Of a stretch of 31,120 nucleotides of DNA, positions 9,882-21,212 are shown piece after piece. This DNA comes from Myxococcota bacterium (GTDB lineage Bacteria > Myxococcota_A > UBA796 > UBA2385). Position 1 is the stretch's first letter. Each line of letters begins with the position of its first letter. The stretch is taken from positions 1 to 31,120 of the forward strand of contig JBIJDH010000045.1 of assembly GCA_044344255.1 (NCBI GenBank), read 5' to 3'. The position numbers and the translations under genes were made by a program. The notes beneath the pieces are model-generated. The model was not told where the DNA came from. It worked only from the letters and a program-made list of their open reading frames with translations, and made no database searches.

Positions 9882-10562
9882 ATGCGCCTCATGTCCTCGG
9901 TCCTCTCCTTCACCCTGGCTGGCACCCTCGCCGGATCGCTCCTCGTCTCGCTCGCCGCGTGCGGTGACAAGGCCGAAGGTGACGATGGCGGCGCCCAGCC
10001 CGGCCGCGGAGACGGCGCCGACGGGACGGACGGCACCGACGGGACGGACGGCGCCGACGGCGCCGACGGTGCAGACGGCGGCGATGGCACCGACGGCACC
10101 GATGGTTCGGACGGTGCAGACGGAACCGACGGCGGCGGCACCTTCGCCCCCTCGGAGGGCCACTGGACCTACACCGGCGCCGGCTCGCTGATCAGCGACA
10201 CCTGCAACTACTCGGGCGATCCCCCGGGCGGCACCTCGGACCCCGGCTTCGGCCTCTCGATGAACGGCGCCGCCGCCTTTGATCTCACCCCCGACGGCTC
10301 CGCCGACCCCTTCGACTGCGACCTCACCGACAAGTCCTTCGCCTGCGCCGCCATCACCGGCGCCGAGCCCATCGACGGGGTGAGCGCGACGTTGCAGGTC
10401 TCGATCGGCGTCCAGGGCACCTTCAGCGACGCCTCGAGCTCCAACCTCCGCTACGATCTGCACATCGACTGCACCGGCGGCGACTGCGGCCTCGTCGAGT
10501 TCGGGGCCGACATCAGCTTCCCCTGCGACGTCGCCTTCAACGCCGACGCCACCGCGGACTGA
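9882..10562 (+). CDS. Lipoprotein with (Asp-Gly-X)n repeat stalk and Cys-rich C-terminal domain
   Basis: GGAG RBS, lipobox LAAC, 14 DGX triplets, six Cys in the C-terminal domain. Confidence 0.85.
   Translation: MRLMSSVLSFTLAGTLAGSLLVSLAACGDKAEGDDGGAQPGRGDGADGTDGTDGTDGADGADGADGGDGTDGTDGSDGADGTDGGGTFAPSEGHWTYTGAGSLISDTCNYSGDPPGGTSDPGFGLSMNGAAAFDLTPDGSADPFDCDLTDKSFACAAITGAEPIDGVSATLQVSIGVQGTFSDASSSNLRYDLHIDCTGGDCGLVEFGADISFPCDVAFNADATAD
10011..10136 (+). repeat. In-frame 9-bp degenerate tandem repeat (gacggNNNN) encoding DGA/DGT triplets
   Basis: Read directly: DGADGTDGTDGTDGADGADGADGGDGTDGTDGSDGADGTDGG. Confidence 0.9.
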
Positions 10563-10580
10563 TCGAGCGGCCCCCCGCGC

Positions 10581-11363
10581 TCAGTTCGGGGGCACGGGCG
10601 GGGTCGGCTGCTCGGGCAGGGTCGGGTCACAGAAGACGACGATCCAGTCTCCGCGCGTATACTTGCTGTCCTCGGGCAGCCGCTCGGCGAAGGCCGGCAC
10701 CTCGGCACCGGCGCTGAGCTCGCGGAGCTCCGGCGTGGCCTGCCCCCGATCGACGCAGCCCTTGTAGCGGGGCTCGAAGGCGGCGAGGGCGGCGGTGACC
10801 GCCTCGTGGCAGCGGGCGTGGCGGCGGCGGGTGCCGCGGTCACAGAGGGCGAGCTGGGTCTCGGCGGTGAAGGCCTGCCAGCCGTTCCCGCTGGCCCGGG
10901 CCCGCTGGAGCTCGGCCTCGGCCTCGGCCTTCTCGGTGGCGGCCACGGCGACGTCGAGGCGCTCCAGGGCCGTCTCGAGCTCGGCGCGGGCGGCGTCACG
11001 CTCCCCCTCGGCGGAGCTCATCTGGGACTGGAGGTCGGCGAGCTGCGCGGTCAGCTCCTTCTTCTTGCGCTCGTTGGCCTCGTCCCGCTTCGTGGCGACC
11101 TTGGAGTCGGCCTCGAGCCGGGTGAGGGCCTCGTTGGCCTGCTCCATCGCCGCGCGCAGCTTGTCGACCCTCCCTTGGGCCTCGTCTGCGCGCTTCACGG
11201 CGTCTTGGGTGGTGGGGGCGGCCTCGCAGAGGCGGGCGAGGTCTGCGGCGGAGGGGGCCGGGCACTCGGCCGGCTTCGGGGGAGGGCCCTCCCCGCCGAG
11301 GCAGCCGAGGAGCGAGAGCAGGCCGAGGAGCGCGGCCGAGTTGAACAAAGAGAGGACGCGCAT
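10581..11363 (-). CDS. Coiled-coil lipoprotein
   Basis: Lipobox LLGC, long A/E/K/L heptad region, Cys-containing C-terminal domain. Confidence 0.8.
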   Translation of the reverse strand: MRVLSLFNSAALLGLLSLLGCLGGEGPPPKPAECPAPSAADLARLCEAAPTTQDAVKRADEAQGRVDKLRAAMEQANEALTRLEADSKVATKRDEANERKKKELTAQLADLQSQMSSAEGERDAARAELETALERLDVAVAATEKAEAEAELQRARASGNGWQAFTAETQLALCDRGTRRRHARCHEAVTAALAAFEPRYKGCVDRGQATPELRELSAGAEVPAFAERLPEDSKYTRGDWIVVFCDPTLPEQPTPPVPPN

Positions 11364-11463
11364 CGGCGCTCCAGTTCGAGGGTGACGGGTGGTATCTTGG
11401 CGGACCCAAGACACCCCTCGCGGGCAGCTACTCTAAGGCACCTACGGGGCGCCGAGATCGTTC

Positions 11464-12867
11464 ATGCTCCTCTCGCTGATCCTTTGCGGTTCTGGGTTCG
11501 CCGCCGACCTCCTGATCGAAGGCGGGATGCTCTGGGACGGCACGGGCGCCCCGCGGCGCGGGCCGGTCGATGTCCTCGTGCAGGGGGACCGCGTCGTGGC
11601 CGTGGGGGAGGGCCTCACCGCCCCGGCGGGCGCGCGTGTGCTCGACGCGCGCGGCGCCACCGTGCTCCCCGGCCTCATCGACAGCCACGTCCACCTCTCG
11701 ATGGACCCCGGCGCCGCCTGGCGGAGCCCCCCGGACGCCGAGGCCGCCCACCAGCGCGCGCTCGAGGCGCACTTACAGGCGCTGCTCGAGGCGGGGGTCA
11801 CCACGGTGCTCGATCCCGCCGTGCTCCCGGCTGAGCTCGCCCGCATCCGCGCCACCCTGGCCCGCGGAGCGCCGGGGCCGCGCTACCTCACGCTCGGCAC
11901 GCCCTTCTCGCCGGAGGGGGGCTACGTCTCGGCGGTGATCGAGGGCTTCCCGGGCGTCTCGACGGTCGGGGAGGTGGACGCCCAGCTCAACCTCGTGGCG
12001 ACGCAGGGCACCGAGGGGCTGAAGGTCACGGTCGAGCCCGGCATGGTCACCCGCGTCTGGCCGCTGCTCGCCCCCGAGCTGCGCCTCGCCCTCCGCGACG
12101 GCGCCCGCGCCCGCGGCCTCGCGGTCTACGCCCACGCGATGACCGAGGCGACGCAGGCCCTCGCCCTCGACGAGCTGGGCGCGACCGTGATGGTGCACCC
12201 CCCCGAGGAGGCCGACGCCGCCTTCATCGCGCGCCTCGCGCGGGAGGGCATCTACGAGATGACCACCCTCGCGCCCACCGACGCCTTCCTCACCCCCTTC
12301 GAGCCCGCCCGCCTCTTTGACCCCCTCATCCAGGCCCTCGTGCCGGCCGACGAGCGGATCTCGGCCCGCGACCCCGACGTCCAGGAGGACTTCGTCCGCG
12401 CCGCCACGCACCAGTTCATGCCCCGGCTGCCCTTCCCCGAGCGCCTCGGGCAGACCCGCATGGCGCGCCGCATCGCGCTCGCCCGCGTCCGCCAGACCGG
12501 GGAGACCCTGCGGGCCCTGCAGGCGGCCGGGGTGCCGCTCGTGCTCGGCTCGGACTCCGGGAACTGGCCGATCATCCCGCACCTCTTCCACGGCTGGGCC
12601 ACGCTGCGGGAGATCGAGCTCTTGGGCGAGGCGGGGCTCCGCCCGGAGGAGGTCTTGCTCGCCGCCACCCGCACCCCGGCGAAGATGTTGCACCGAGCGG
12701 GCGAGCTCGGCGCCGTGCTCCCCGGCGCCGCGGCCGACCTCCTCATCGTCGAGGGAGATCCCCTGCGAGACCTCTCCGCCCTCCGCCGCCGCCGGTGGAC
12801 GGTCTACGGTGGGGTCCCGCTCGCGGCGAACAGAGAGGGGCTCGCCAGCCGCGACCCCCTGCGGTAG
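11464..12867 (+). CDS. Amidohydrolase-superfamily protein (metal-dependent, probably exported)
   Basis: PGLIDSHVHL (HxH), AHA, VH, LGSDSG, GAAADLLIVEGDPL. Confidence 0.9.
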   Translation: MLLSLILCGSGFAADLLIEGGMLWDGTGAPRRGPVDVLVQGDRVVAVGEGLTAPAGARVLDARGATVLPGLIDSHVHLSMDPGAAWRSPPDAEAAHQRALEAHLQALLEAGVTTVLDPAVLPAELARIRATLARGAPGPRYLTLGTPFSPEGGYVSAVIEGFPGVSTVGEVDAQLNLVATQGTEGLKVTVEPGMVTRVWPLLAPELRLALRDGARARGLAVYAHAMTEATQALALDELGATVMVHPPEEADAAFIARLAREGIYEMTTLAPTDAFLTPFEPARLFDPLIQALVPADERISARDPDVQEDFVRAATHQFMPRLPFPERLGQTRMARRIALARVRQTGETLRALQAAGVPLVLGSDSGNWPIIPHLFHGWATLREIELLGEAGLRPEEVLLAATRTPAKMLHRAGELGAVLPGAAADLLIVEGDPLRDLSALRRRRWTVYGGVPLAANREGLASRDPLR

Positions 12868-12876
12868 TTTTTGGCC

Positions 12877-13494
12877 ATGGCCATCCGCACCATCACAGAC
12901 TCTGTCTCGACCGCGCCCGGTCACCCCGCTGACCTCGCCCGGCTGGAGGGCGCCCTCGACACCCTCCGCGGGCGCTTCCCCGGGGCCATCTTCGCGCGCT
13001 ACCGCGAGCACGTCCCCGACGTGGGCAACGACACCTTCATCGCCGCCGGCGCGGCCATCGTCGGCGCCGTCCAGCTCGCCGAGGGGGTGAGCGTCTGGTA
13101 CGGCTGCGTGCTGCGCGGCGACGTCGCCGCCATCACCATCGGCGCCCGCTCCAACATTCAAGACGGCACGGTCATCCACCTCGGCGATCACGACCCCACC
13201 GTGGTGGGGGAGGACGTCGTCGTGGGCCACCGCGCCGTGCTCCACGGCTGCACCATCGAAGACGGCTGCCTCATCGGCATCCAGGCCACCATCCTCGACG
13301 GTGCGGTGATCGGCCACGGCTCGGTGGTGGGCGCGGGCGCGGTGGTGCCGGCGGGGATGGTGGTCCCGCCCCGCTCGCTCGTGCTCGGCCTGCCGGCCAA
13401 GGTGGTCAAGCCGCTCGGCGAGGAGGCCGAGGCCTTCCATCGCCGCCTCGCCGCCAAGTACCTGCGCCTGCAGCACAACCACCGCCTGGGCTGA
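12877..13494 (+). CDS. Gamma-carbonic anhydrase family protein
   Basis: Hexapeptide repeats; LRGD, NIQDGTVIH, VGHRAVLHGC with three His zinc ligands. Confidence 0.93.
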   Translation: MAIRTITDSVSTAPGHPADLARLEGALDTLRGRFPGAIFARYREHVPDVGNDTFIAAGAAIVGAVQLAEGVSVWYGCVLRGDVAAITIGARSNIQDGTVIHLGDHDPTVVGEDVVVGHRAVLHGCTIEDGCLIGIQATILDGAVIGHGSVVGAGAVVPAGMVVPPRSLVLGLPAKVVKPLGEEAEAFHRRLAAKYLRLQHNHRLG

Positions 13495-13525
13495 AGCCCG
13501 CCCGCTTCGGGGCCCCGAGCCGCTC

Positions 13526-13831
13526 ATGTTCCTGCGCGTGCTCATCACCACCCGCACCCGCGACGAGGCGCTGGCCCTCGGCCGCGCGCTCGTGGAGGCG
13601 CGCCTCGCCGCCTCCGCCCAGGTGCGCCCCCTCGACACCGTCTACCGCTGGCAGGGGGCGGTGCAGGCCCACGCGGAGGCCGAGCTCGCCTTGCTCAGCA
13701 CCGAGGCCCGCTGGCCGGCGCTGGTGGCCGCGGTGCAGGCCCGCCACACCTACACCCTGCCTCAGATCTTGTCCCAGCCGGTGGAGGGCACGCCGGAGCT
13801 CCTCGCCTGGATCGCGGAGTGCACCCGATGA
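13526..13831 (+). CDS. cutA: Divalent-cation tolerance protein CutA
   Basis: LVEARLAA, VYRWQG, HTYTLPQIL, LAWI; 101 aa. Confidence 0.85.
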   Translation: MFLRVLITTRTRDEALALGRALVEARLAASAQVRPLDTVYRWQGAVQAHAEAELALLSTEARWPALVAAVQARHTYTLPQILSQPVEGTPELLAWIAECTR

Positions 13832-14787
13832 AGTCCATCCCCCTCGGCGAGAGCGGCCTCTCCGTCTCCGCGATCGCCTTCGGCGGCTGGCAGGCCGGCC
13901 GGGAGTACTGGCCGGGCGCAGCCGACGCCGACAGCGAGGCCGCCGTGCGGGCCGCCGTCGAGGCGGGCATCACCACCTTCGACACCGCCGAGGCTTACGG
14001 GGCGGGCCACTCCGAGGCCCTGCTCGGCCGCGCGCTGCGGCCGGTGCGGCACGAGGTGGTGCTGGCCACCAAGGTCTCCTGGGACCACCTCGACGCCGCC
14101 GCGGTGACCGCCGCCTGCGAGGGCTCGCTCCGGCGGCTGCAGACCGACGTCATCGACCTCTACCAGGTCCACTGGCCGGCCGGCGCCTTCGGCAGCGCCC
14201 GGGTGCCGATCGAGGAGACCATGGGGGCGCTCCTCCGCCTCCGCGAGGCCGGGAAGATCCGGGCCATCGGCGTCTCGAACTTCAGCGCGGACGAGCTCCG
14301 GGCGGCCCTCGCCTGTGGGCCCGTAGACACGATCCAGCCCTGCTGGTCGCTCTTCTGGCGGGCCTTCGAGGTGGAGACGCTCGCCCTCTGCCAGGCGCGG
14401 GGCGTCACCGTGCTCGCCTACTCGCCCCTGGCCCAGGGCCTGCTCACCGGGCGCTTCTCGCCCGGTCATGTCTTCGCCGAGGGGGACAACCGCGCCGACA
14501 ACCGCCTCTTCCAGCGCCCCCACGCCGAGCGGGCCGCGCAGGCCTTGGACACGATGCGCCCGATCGCCCTCCGCCACGGCCGGCCGCTCAGCCACGTCGC
14601 CCTGGCCTGGCTGCACGGACAGGCAGGCGTGGCCGCGATCGTCGGCGCCCGCACCCCCGAGCAGGCCCGGGACAACGCCCTCGCCGGCTCGCTCACCCTC
14701 GACCCCGACGAGCGGGCCACCCTCGACGCCCTCGGCGCGGCGGTCTACGCGCCCCTCGCAGAGGCGCCCATCCTCTGGACCTGGTAG
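13828..14787 (+). CDS. Aldo/keto reductase
   Basis: FDTAEAYGAGHSE, LATK, DLYQVHWP, IGVSNF, YSPLAQGLLTG; ATGA overlap with cutA. Confidence 0.95.
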   Translation: MKSIPLGESGLSVSAIAFGGWQAGREYWPGAADADSEAAVRAAVEAGITTFDTAEAYGAGHSEALLGRALRPVRHEVVLATKVSWDHLDAAAVTAACEGSLRRLQTDVIDLYQVHWPAGAFGSARVPIEETMGALLRLREAGKIRAIGVSNFSADELRAALACGPVDTIQPCWSLFWRAFEVETLALCQARGVTVLAYSPLAQGLLTGRFSPGHVFAEGDNRADNRLFQRPHAERAAQALDTMRPIALRHGRPLSHVALAWLHGQAGVAAIVGARTPEQARDNALAGSLTLDPDERATLDALGAAVYAPLAEAPILWTW

Positions 14788-14813
14788 GGCGGCCTTGGGT
14801 CCCGGCCCGATGT

Positions 14814-16382
14814 TCAGGCCACGGGCTTCGGGCCGGGCTTGCCGTCGTCGACGCGGAAGGCGGCCAGCGCCTCGCGGGGGCTGTCCTTCCGCTTCTCGTC
14901 CACGCCGACCACCGTGGCGTGGAGGGAGGCGCCCTCGACCTCCACGAGCAGGTAGCCGCGCTTGCGGCCCGAGGCGTAGCGGAAGTGGGGGTTGATCGCC
15001 TGGCGGGCCTCCCATTCGCCCTCGTCCTTGCCCTTGGAGGAGGACTGCGAGGTGAGGGAGGTGCCGCAGAGCTCGGAGGCGAGCACGGGGGAGCCGGGGT
15101 CGTCTGGGCGAGCGCGGAGGTCGGCGATGACGGTGGCGTGGATGTCTCCGCCGACGATGACCGGGTTTGAGGTGCGGCTGCGGGCGAGGCTCCGCAGCAG
15201 GCGATCGCGCGCGGCGGGGTAGCCGTCCCAGCCGTCGGTCCAGAAGCGGCGCTCGCCCGCCTCGTCGGACACGCTCGGGCTCACGAGGGTCTGCTGGGCG
15301 ACGATGTTCCAGCGCTGGCGCGACTCCTTGAGGCGCTGATCGAGCCAGCGCTCCTGCACGTCTCCGAGCAGGGTGCGGTCGGGGGCCAGGAGCTCGGGGC
15401 AGCTCCCCACCGCGCGGGTGGTCGAGCCGGCGCCCTTCTCGGGGTCGGGGCAGGGCTGGGGGCTGCGGTGCTGGCGGTCGTCGAGGATCGAGAAGCGCAG
15501 CAGATCTCCGTACGCGAAGCTGTCGTAGATGGTGGCCGAGGGGCCGGTGGGCCGCATGCGGGCCGGCACCGGCATGTGCTCGTACCAGGCCTGAAAGGCG
15601 GCGGCGCGGCGGGCCTGGAAGGAGGGCTCGAAGTGTTCGCCCTGCCCGTCGGCCCAGTCGTTGTCGACCTCGTGGTCATCCCAGCAGATGATCCAGGGCA
15701 CGACGGCGTGGAGGCGCTGGAGGTCAAGGTCGGTGCGGTACTGGGCGTAGCGCACCCGGTACTCATCGAGGGTGGCGACCTCGCCGTAGCGGTGCTGGCG
15801 CACCGGGTTCTGCCCCCAGCTCTTCTCGTAGATGTAGTCGCCGAGGAAGACCATCAGGTCGAGCGACTCGGCGGCGAGGTGGCGCTGGGCCACGTACCAG
15901 CCGTGCTCGAAGTGCTGGCAGGAGCCCACCCCGAAGCGCAGCTTGCCCACCGCCTGGCCCGGGGCCTCGGCGGTGCGGGTGCGGCCGACGGGGCTCAGCT
16001 CATCGCCGGCGATGAAGCGGTAGAAGTACCAGCGGCCGGGCTGGAGGCCTACCACGTCGACATGCACGGCGTGCGCCCACTCGGGCACCGCGAGCGCGGC
16101 GCCGCGCTGCACGACCGTCTTGAAGGCCTCGTCTTCGGCGACCTCGTAGGCCACGCGCACGTTCTCGGGGTCCATCCCGCCGTCGGGCAAGAGGGGCGCC
16201 GGGGCGAGGCGGGTCCAGAGGGTGACGCCGGTGGGGGTCGGGTATCCGGAGGCCACCCCGAGGGCGAAGGGGTAGCCCACGAAGCGCACGTCCCGCGCCG
16301 CGAAGGCCCGGCGGGGCAGCAGCGCGGTGGTGGCGAGGGCCAGGGAGCCTTGGAGCAGGGTGCGGCGAGAGCGCGGTTGCAT
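14814..16382 (-). CDS. phoD: Alkaline phosphatase D family protein, Tat-exported
   Basis: SRRTLL twin-arginine signal; FALGVASG, GSCQ, LGDYIYE, WDDHEVDND, WDGY, GGDIH. Confidence 0.95.
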   Translation of the reverse strand: MQPRSRRTLLQGSLALATTALLPRRAFAARDVRFVGYPFALGVASGYPTPTGVTLWTRLAPAPLLPDGGMDPENVRVAYEVAEDEAFKTVVQRGAALAVPEWAHAVHVDVVGLQPGRWYFYRFIAGDELSPVGRTRTAEAPGQAVGKLRFGVGSCQHFEHGWYVAQRHLAAESLDLMVFLGDYIYEKSWGQNPVRQHRYGEVATLDEYRVRYAQYRTDLDLQRLHAVVPWIICWDDHEVDNDWADGQGEHFEPSFQARRAAAFQAWYEHMPVPARMRPTGPSATIYDSFAYGDLLRFSILDDRQHRSPQPCPDPEKGAGSTTRAVGSCPELLAPDRTLLGDVQERWLDQRLKESRQRWNIVAQQTLVSPSVSDEAGERRFWTDGWDGYPAARDRLLRSLARSRTSNPVIVGGDIHATVIADLRARPDDPGSPVLASELCGTSLTSQSSSKGKDEGEWEARQAINPHFRYASGRKRGYLLVEVEGASLHATVVGVDEKRKDSPREALAAFRVDDGKPGPKPVA

Positions 16383-16396
16383 GGCGCATCGTAGCA
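16383..16396 (-). promoter_or_regulatory. Putative extended -10 box (TGcTACGAT) 5 nt upstream of the phoD ATG
   Basis: Minus strand reads cctgcTACGATgcgccATG; no Shine-Dalgarno visible. Confidence 0.4.
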
Positions 16397-16442
16397 GGCG
16401 GGCGGGCTCCTTTCACCGCGCGCCGGGGGCTCCGGCGGCCCG

Positions 16443-17120
16443 CTACCCGTTGGCGCGACAGAGCACGAAGTAGTGGTCGAGCGCCGACTCGACCTTGTAG
16501 GCGGCGCCGATGCTCACGTGCTCGGAGACCCCGCGCATGAAGTCGCGGGTCTTGTTGTAGACGAAGAACTGGAGGCCGCGGGTGTTGGGCACCACCTTGG
16601 GCCAGGCGGGGACGACCGGGCCGTCGGGGACCTGGAAATAGTCCACCACGAGCGGGCCGCGGGGCTCCCAGGCGGTGACCCCGGCGGTGGGGATGAGGAC
16701 GAAGTAGCCCGGGCCGATGAGACCGCGGGTGGGCGACTCGTTGTAGCCGAACAGGCGGTCTCCGCTGGCGGCGGGGCGGCAGAAGCGCTTCTCGAAGCGC
16801 TTCCAGGGGCGGGGGAGGGGGAGGGTGTTCTGGCCGTGGTGGATCACCTCCACCTCGGCGGGGATGTGGGCGGGCACAAAGTGATCGGCGCGGAGAGGGG
16901 CTGAGCGGGCCGCCTTCTGGTAGAGGCGCCGCTGGAGCGCGCGGTCGAGCGAGCGGGTGGCGGCGAGGCGCACCGGCGGGCTGAGGCGATCGAAGAGGGC
17001 CCCGATCTCGGCGATGTTCTCTGCCGGGGCCTCGATGAGCGCGCGCAGGGCCGGCGCGGCGCTGTCCTCGGTGTGGGCGAGGGCGCGGCTCGTGGCTTCG
17101 GGGGGCGTGGCGCTCGACAT
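16443..17120 (-). CDS. Hypothetical protein
   Basis: ATG at 17120 after GGAG-like RBS; aromatic-rich globular sequence (FEKRFCRP, LFGYN, GPGYFV, TRDFMRGVS). Confidence 0.8.
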   Translation of the reverse strand: MSSATPPEATSRALAHTEDSAAPALRALIEAPAENIAEIGALFDRLSPPVRLAATRSLDRALQRRLYQKAARSAPLRADHFVPAHIPAEVEVIHHGQNTLPLPRPWKRFEKRFCRPAASGDRLFGYNESPTRGLIGPGYFVLIPTAGVTAWEPRGPLVVDYFQVPDGPVVPAWPKVVPNTRGLQFFVYNKTRDFMRGVSEHVSIGAAYKVESALDHYFVLCRANG

Positions 17121-17361
17121 GTTTCGCTCCGCCCGGCGGCGCTGCGCGGGCAAGGGGGGTAGGGGATCCTCCATCGCACGGCGGGGGAAGTTCGGCACGG
17201 CGCGGAGAAGATCGGCGCTGGGCGCGGCGGGCGGATCGGTCGACCGATCCGCGGGCTCGCGGTAACCGTACTCCTCCCGACGTGTACCGATGGGGAGCGC
17301 TGCGGCGGGGCCGTCGCGCTGCGCCGGTCCGGTCACCCATCGGAGAACAGGAGCCTCGGAG

Positions 17362-18360
17362 ATGACCTCGGAGATGAGATTGACAACCCCGGCACGCCGC
17401 GCGGGCCCCCCCGCTCCCCCCCTCGCCGCGGCGGCCTTGGCCCTCGCGGCGCTCGGCCTCCCCTTGCCCGCGGTGGCGGGCAGCGGGCCCTGGGTGGTGT
17501 CGCCCCAGCAGTGGAGCCTCTACGCCGGCGTCGAGTCCCAGCGCATCACCGAGCTCGCCCTCGCCGATGGCCTCGGCGACCCCTCGGTGATCGAGGTCGA
17601 TGATGGGATCGAGACCACCTCGGTCACCGGCATCGTCAGCTACGGCCTCCGCAAGCGGGTCGAGCTCGAGCTCACCGTGCCCTGGAAGCGGGTGGAGGCC
17701 AACCGCCCCGGCGGCGCCGCCTGCGCCTCCCTCGGCCCCGAGACTTGCGCCACCACCGACGGCTTCGCCATCTTCGCCGGCCGCGGGAAGGTGCTGGTGC
17801 TCGACGAGCTCAAGGGCTCGCCCGTCTCACTCGCCGCCGGCGGCGAGCTCCGCCTGGGCCAGCACACGAGCCCCACCCGCGACCGCGTGACCAACCTCGG
17901 CGAGGGCACCAATGACGTCGGGGCCTTCGTCGCGGTCGGGCGCGGCGGTGGCCTCGGTGAGGGCTCCTGGAGCGCCCACCTCGACGCGCTCGGCCGCTAT
18001 CGCGACTCCAACCGCGCCGCCGACGCCGACCCTGTCCCCGGCGCCGAGCTCGCGGCGGAGGCCGAGGTCTTCGCGGGCACCCGCCCCTGGTGGAGCCTCG
18101 GGGCCTACGTCTCCTATTGGGAGCGGCCCGCGGGCGTGGACTTCGGCGAGGGAGACCTCGCGGACATCGACCGTTTCGGTGCCTTGAACGCCAACTCGGT
18201 CCGGGTGGGCGGCAAGGTCTTGCTGCGAGCCGCGGATCGCAGCACCCTCGTGCTCAGCGGTGGCCAGACCCTCGCGGCCCGAAACAACCCGCGGGTCCGC
18301 AGCGCCGGGGTGGGCCTCGTCGTCTACCCGGAGCGCCGCCGGCCGGGACAGGGGGGCTGA
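17362..18360 (+). CDS. Exported beta-strand-rich protein, probable outer-membrane beta-barrel
   Basis: AGGAG RBS, signal peptide, alternating amphipathic strands (VSYGLRKRVELELTVPW, WSLGAYVSYW, AGVGLVVYP). Start could be 17374. Confidence 0.7.
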   Translation: MTSEMRLTTPARRAGPPAPPLAAAALALAALGLPLPAVAGSGPWVVSPQQWSLYAGVESQRITELALADGLGDPSVIEVDDGIETTSVTGIVSYGLRKRVELELTVPWKRVEANRPGGAACASLGPETCATTDGFAIFAGRGKVLVLDELKGSPVSLAAGGELRLGQHTSPTRDRVTNLGEGTNDVGAFVAVGRGGGLGEGSWSAHLDALGRYRDSNRAADADPVPGAELAAEAEVFAGTRPWWSLGAYVSYWERPAGVDFGEGDLADIDRFGALNANSVRVGGKVLLRAADRSTLVLSGGQTLAARNNPRVRSAGVGLVVYPERRRPGQGG

Positions 18361-18362
18361 GC

Positions 18363-20188
<1,826 letters not shown>

Positions 20189-20192
<4 letters not shown>

Positions 20193-21127
20193 CCGCTCCC
20201 GCCCGTGGCTGGGGGCTCTGCCTCGCCGCCACGCTCGGCTGCAGCCCCGCGCGCGAGGGAGACAAGGCGGGCGAACGCGACACCGACGACGGGGCTTGGG
20301 CCGACGACTCCGGCGGGCCCGCGCCCTGCGCCGGCCACACGGCGACGATGTGGCGCTACCAGTCCACCGACCAGGGGGAGAGCTGGACCTCCGGCGAGGC
20401 CACGGTCCACTGCGCGAGCGGCCAGGGGCCGGTCGACCCCGAGCTCATCGCGCTCGACGGCGGCGATCTGCTCGTCTACTACCTCGCCAACGACAATGCG
20501 AAGGGCGAGGACCCGCTCGCCTCCCAGCCCGACGGCACCTGGCGCTTCGCCGTGGCCCGCTCCGTGGACGGCGGGCTCCACTTCACGGAGGAGGCGGTGC
20601 TCATCGAGGGGCCCACCCCGATCGCCGATCCCGCGCTGGTGCGGGTCTCCGACGGCGGCTGGCGCATGTACTACTCGGAGGGGGCCGACATCGTGAGCGC
20701 CTTCGCCGTCGACCCCCTGGGGCCCTTCGTGCGCGAGGCGGGGGCGCGGCTCTCGGGGCAAGGGGGCTCTCCGGGCGTCCTCCAGATCGGCGGCATCACC
20801 CACCTCTTCACCTGCCCAGCCGGGATCGCCCGCTCCGAGTCCCCGGACGGCCTCGCCTTCACGCCCGGAGAGACCGCACTCTCCCTCCCTCCCGGCTACG
20901 ACGTCCTCTGCGATCCGAGCCCCACCCGAACGGACGCGGGCTTCGTGATGGCCGTCAAGCTCCTCCCGGCCGGCGGGGCGGGCCCCTTCGACGACGTGGT
21001 CGCCCTCGCCCGCAGCGCCGACGGGCTCACCTGGGCGCTTGACCCGGTGGACATCGGCCCGGGGAGCGTCCCGGGGCTGGTCGAGCGAGCCGACGGGGCC
21101 TGGCTCATCTACGCCATCGACCCTTGA
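20189..21127 (+). CDS. Lipoprotein with Asp-box (BNR) repeats; probable beta-propeller, sialidase/glycosidase-like fold
   Basis: ATGA overlap with kinase; lipobox TLGC; SxDxGxxW-like motifs (STDQGESW, SVDGGLHF, SPDGLAF, SADGLTW) and repeated DP motifs. Confidence 0.8.
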
Positions 21128-21212
21128 GCCGGGCTCCCCGGGATCGGGCCGGCTGAGCGCCGCGGTCGGCGGTCGGCGTGCTACTCCACGGCGTGCTGAC
21201 GCGGGAGCACCC

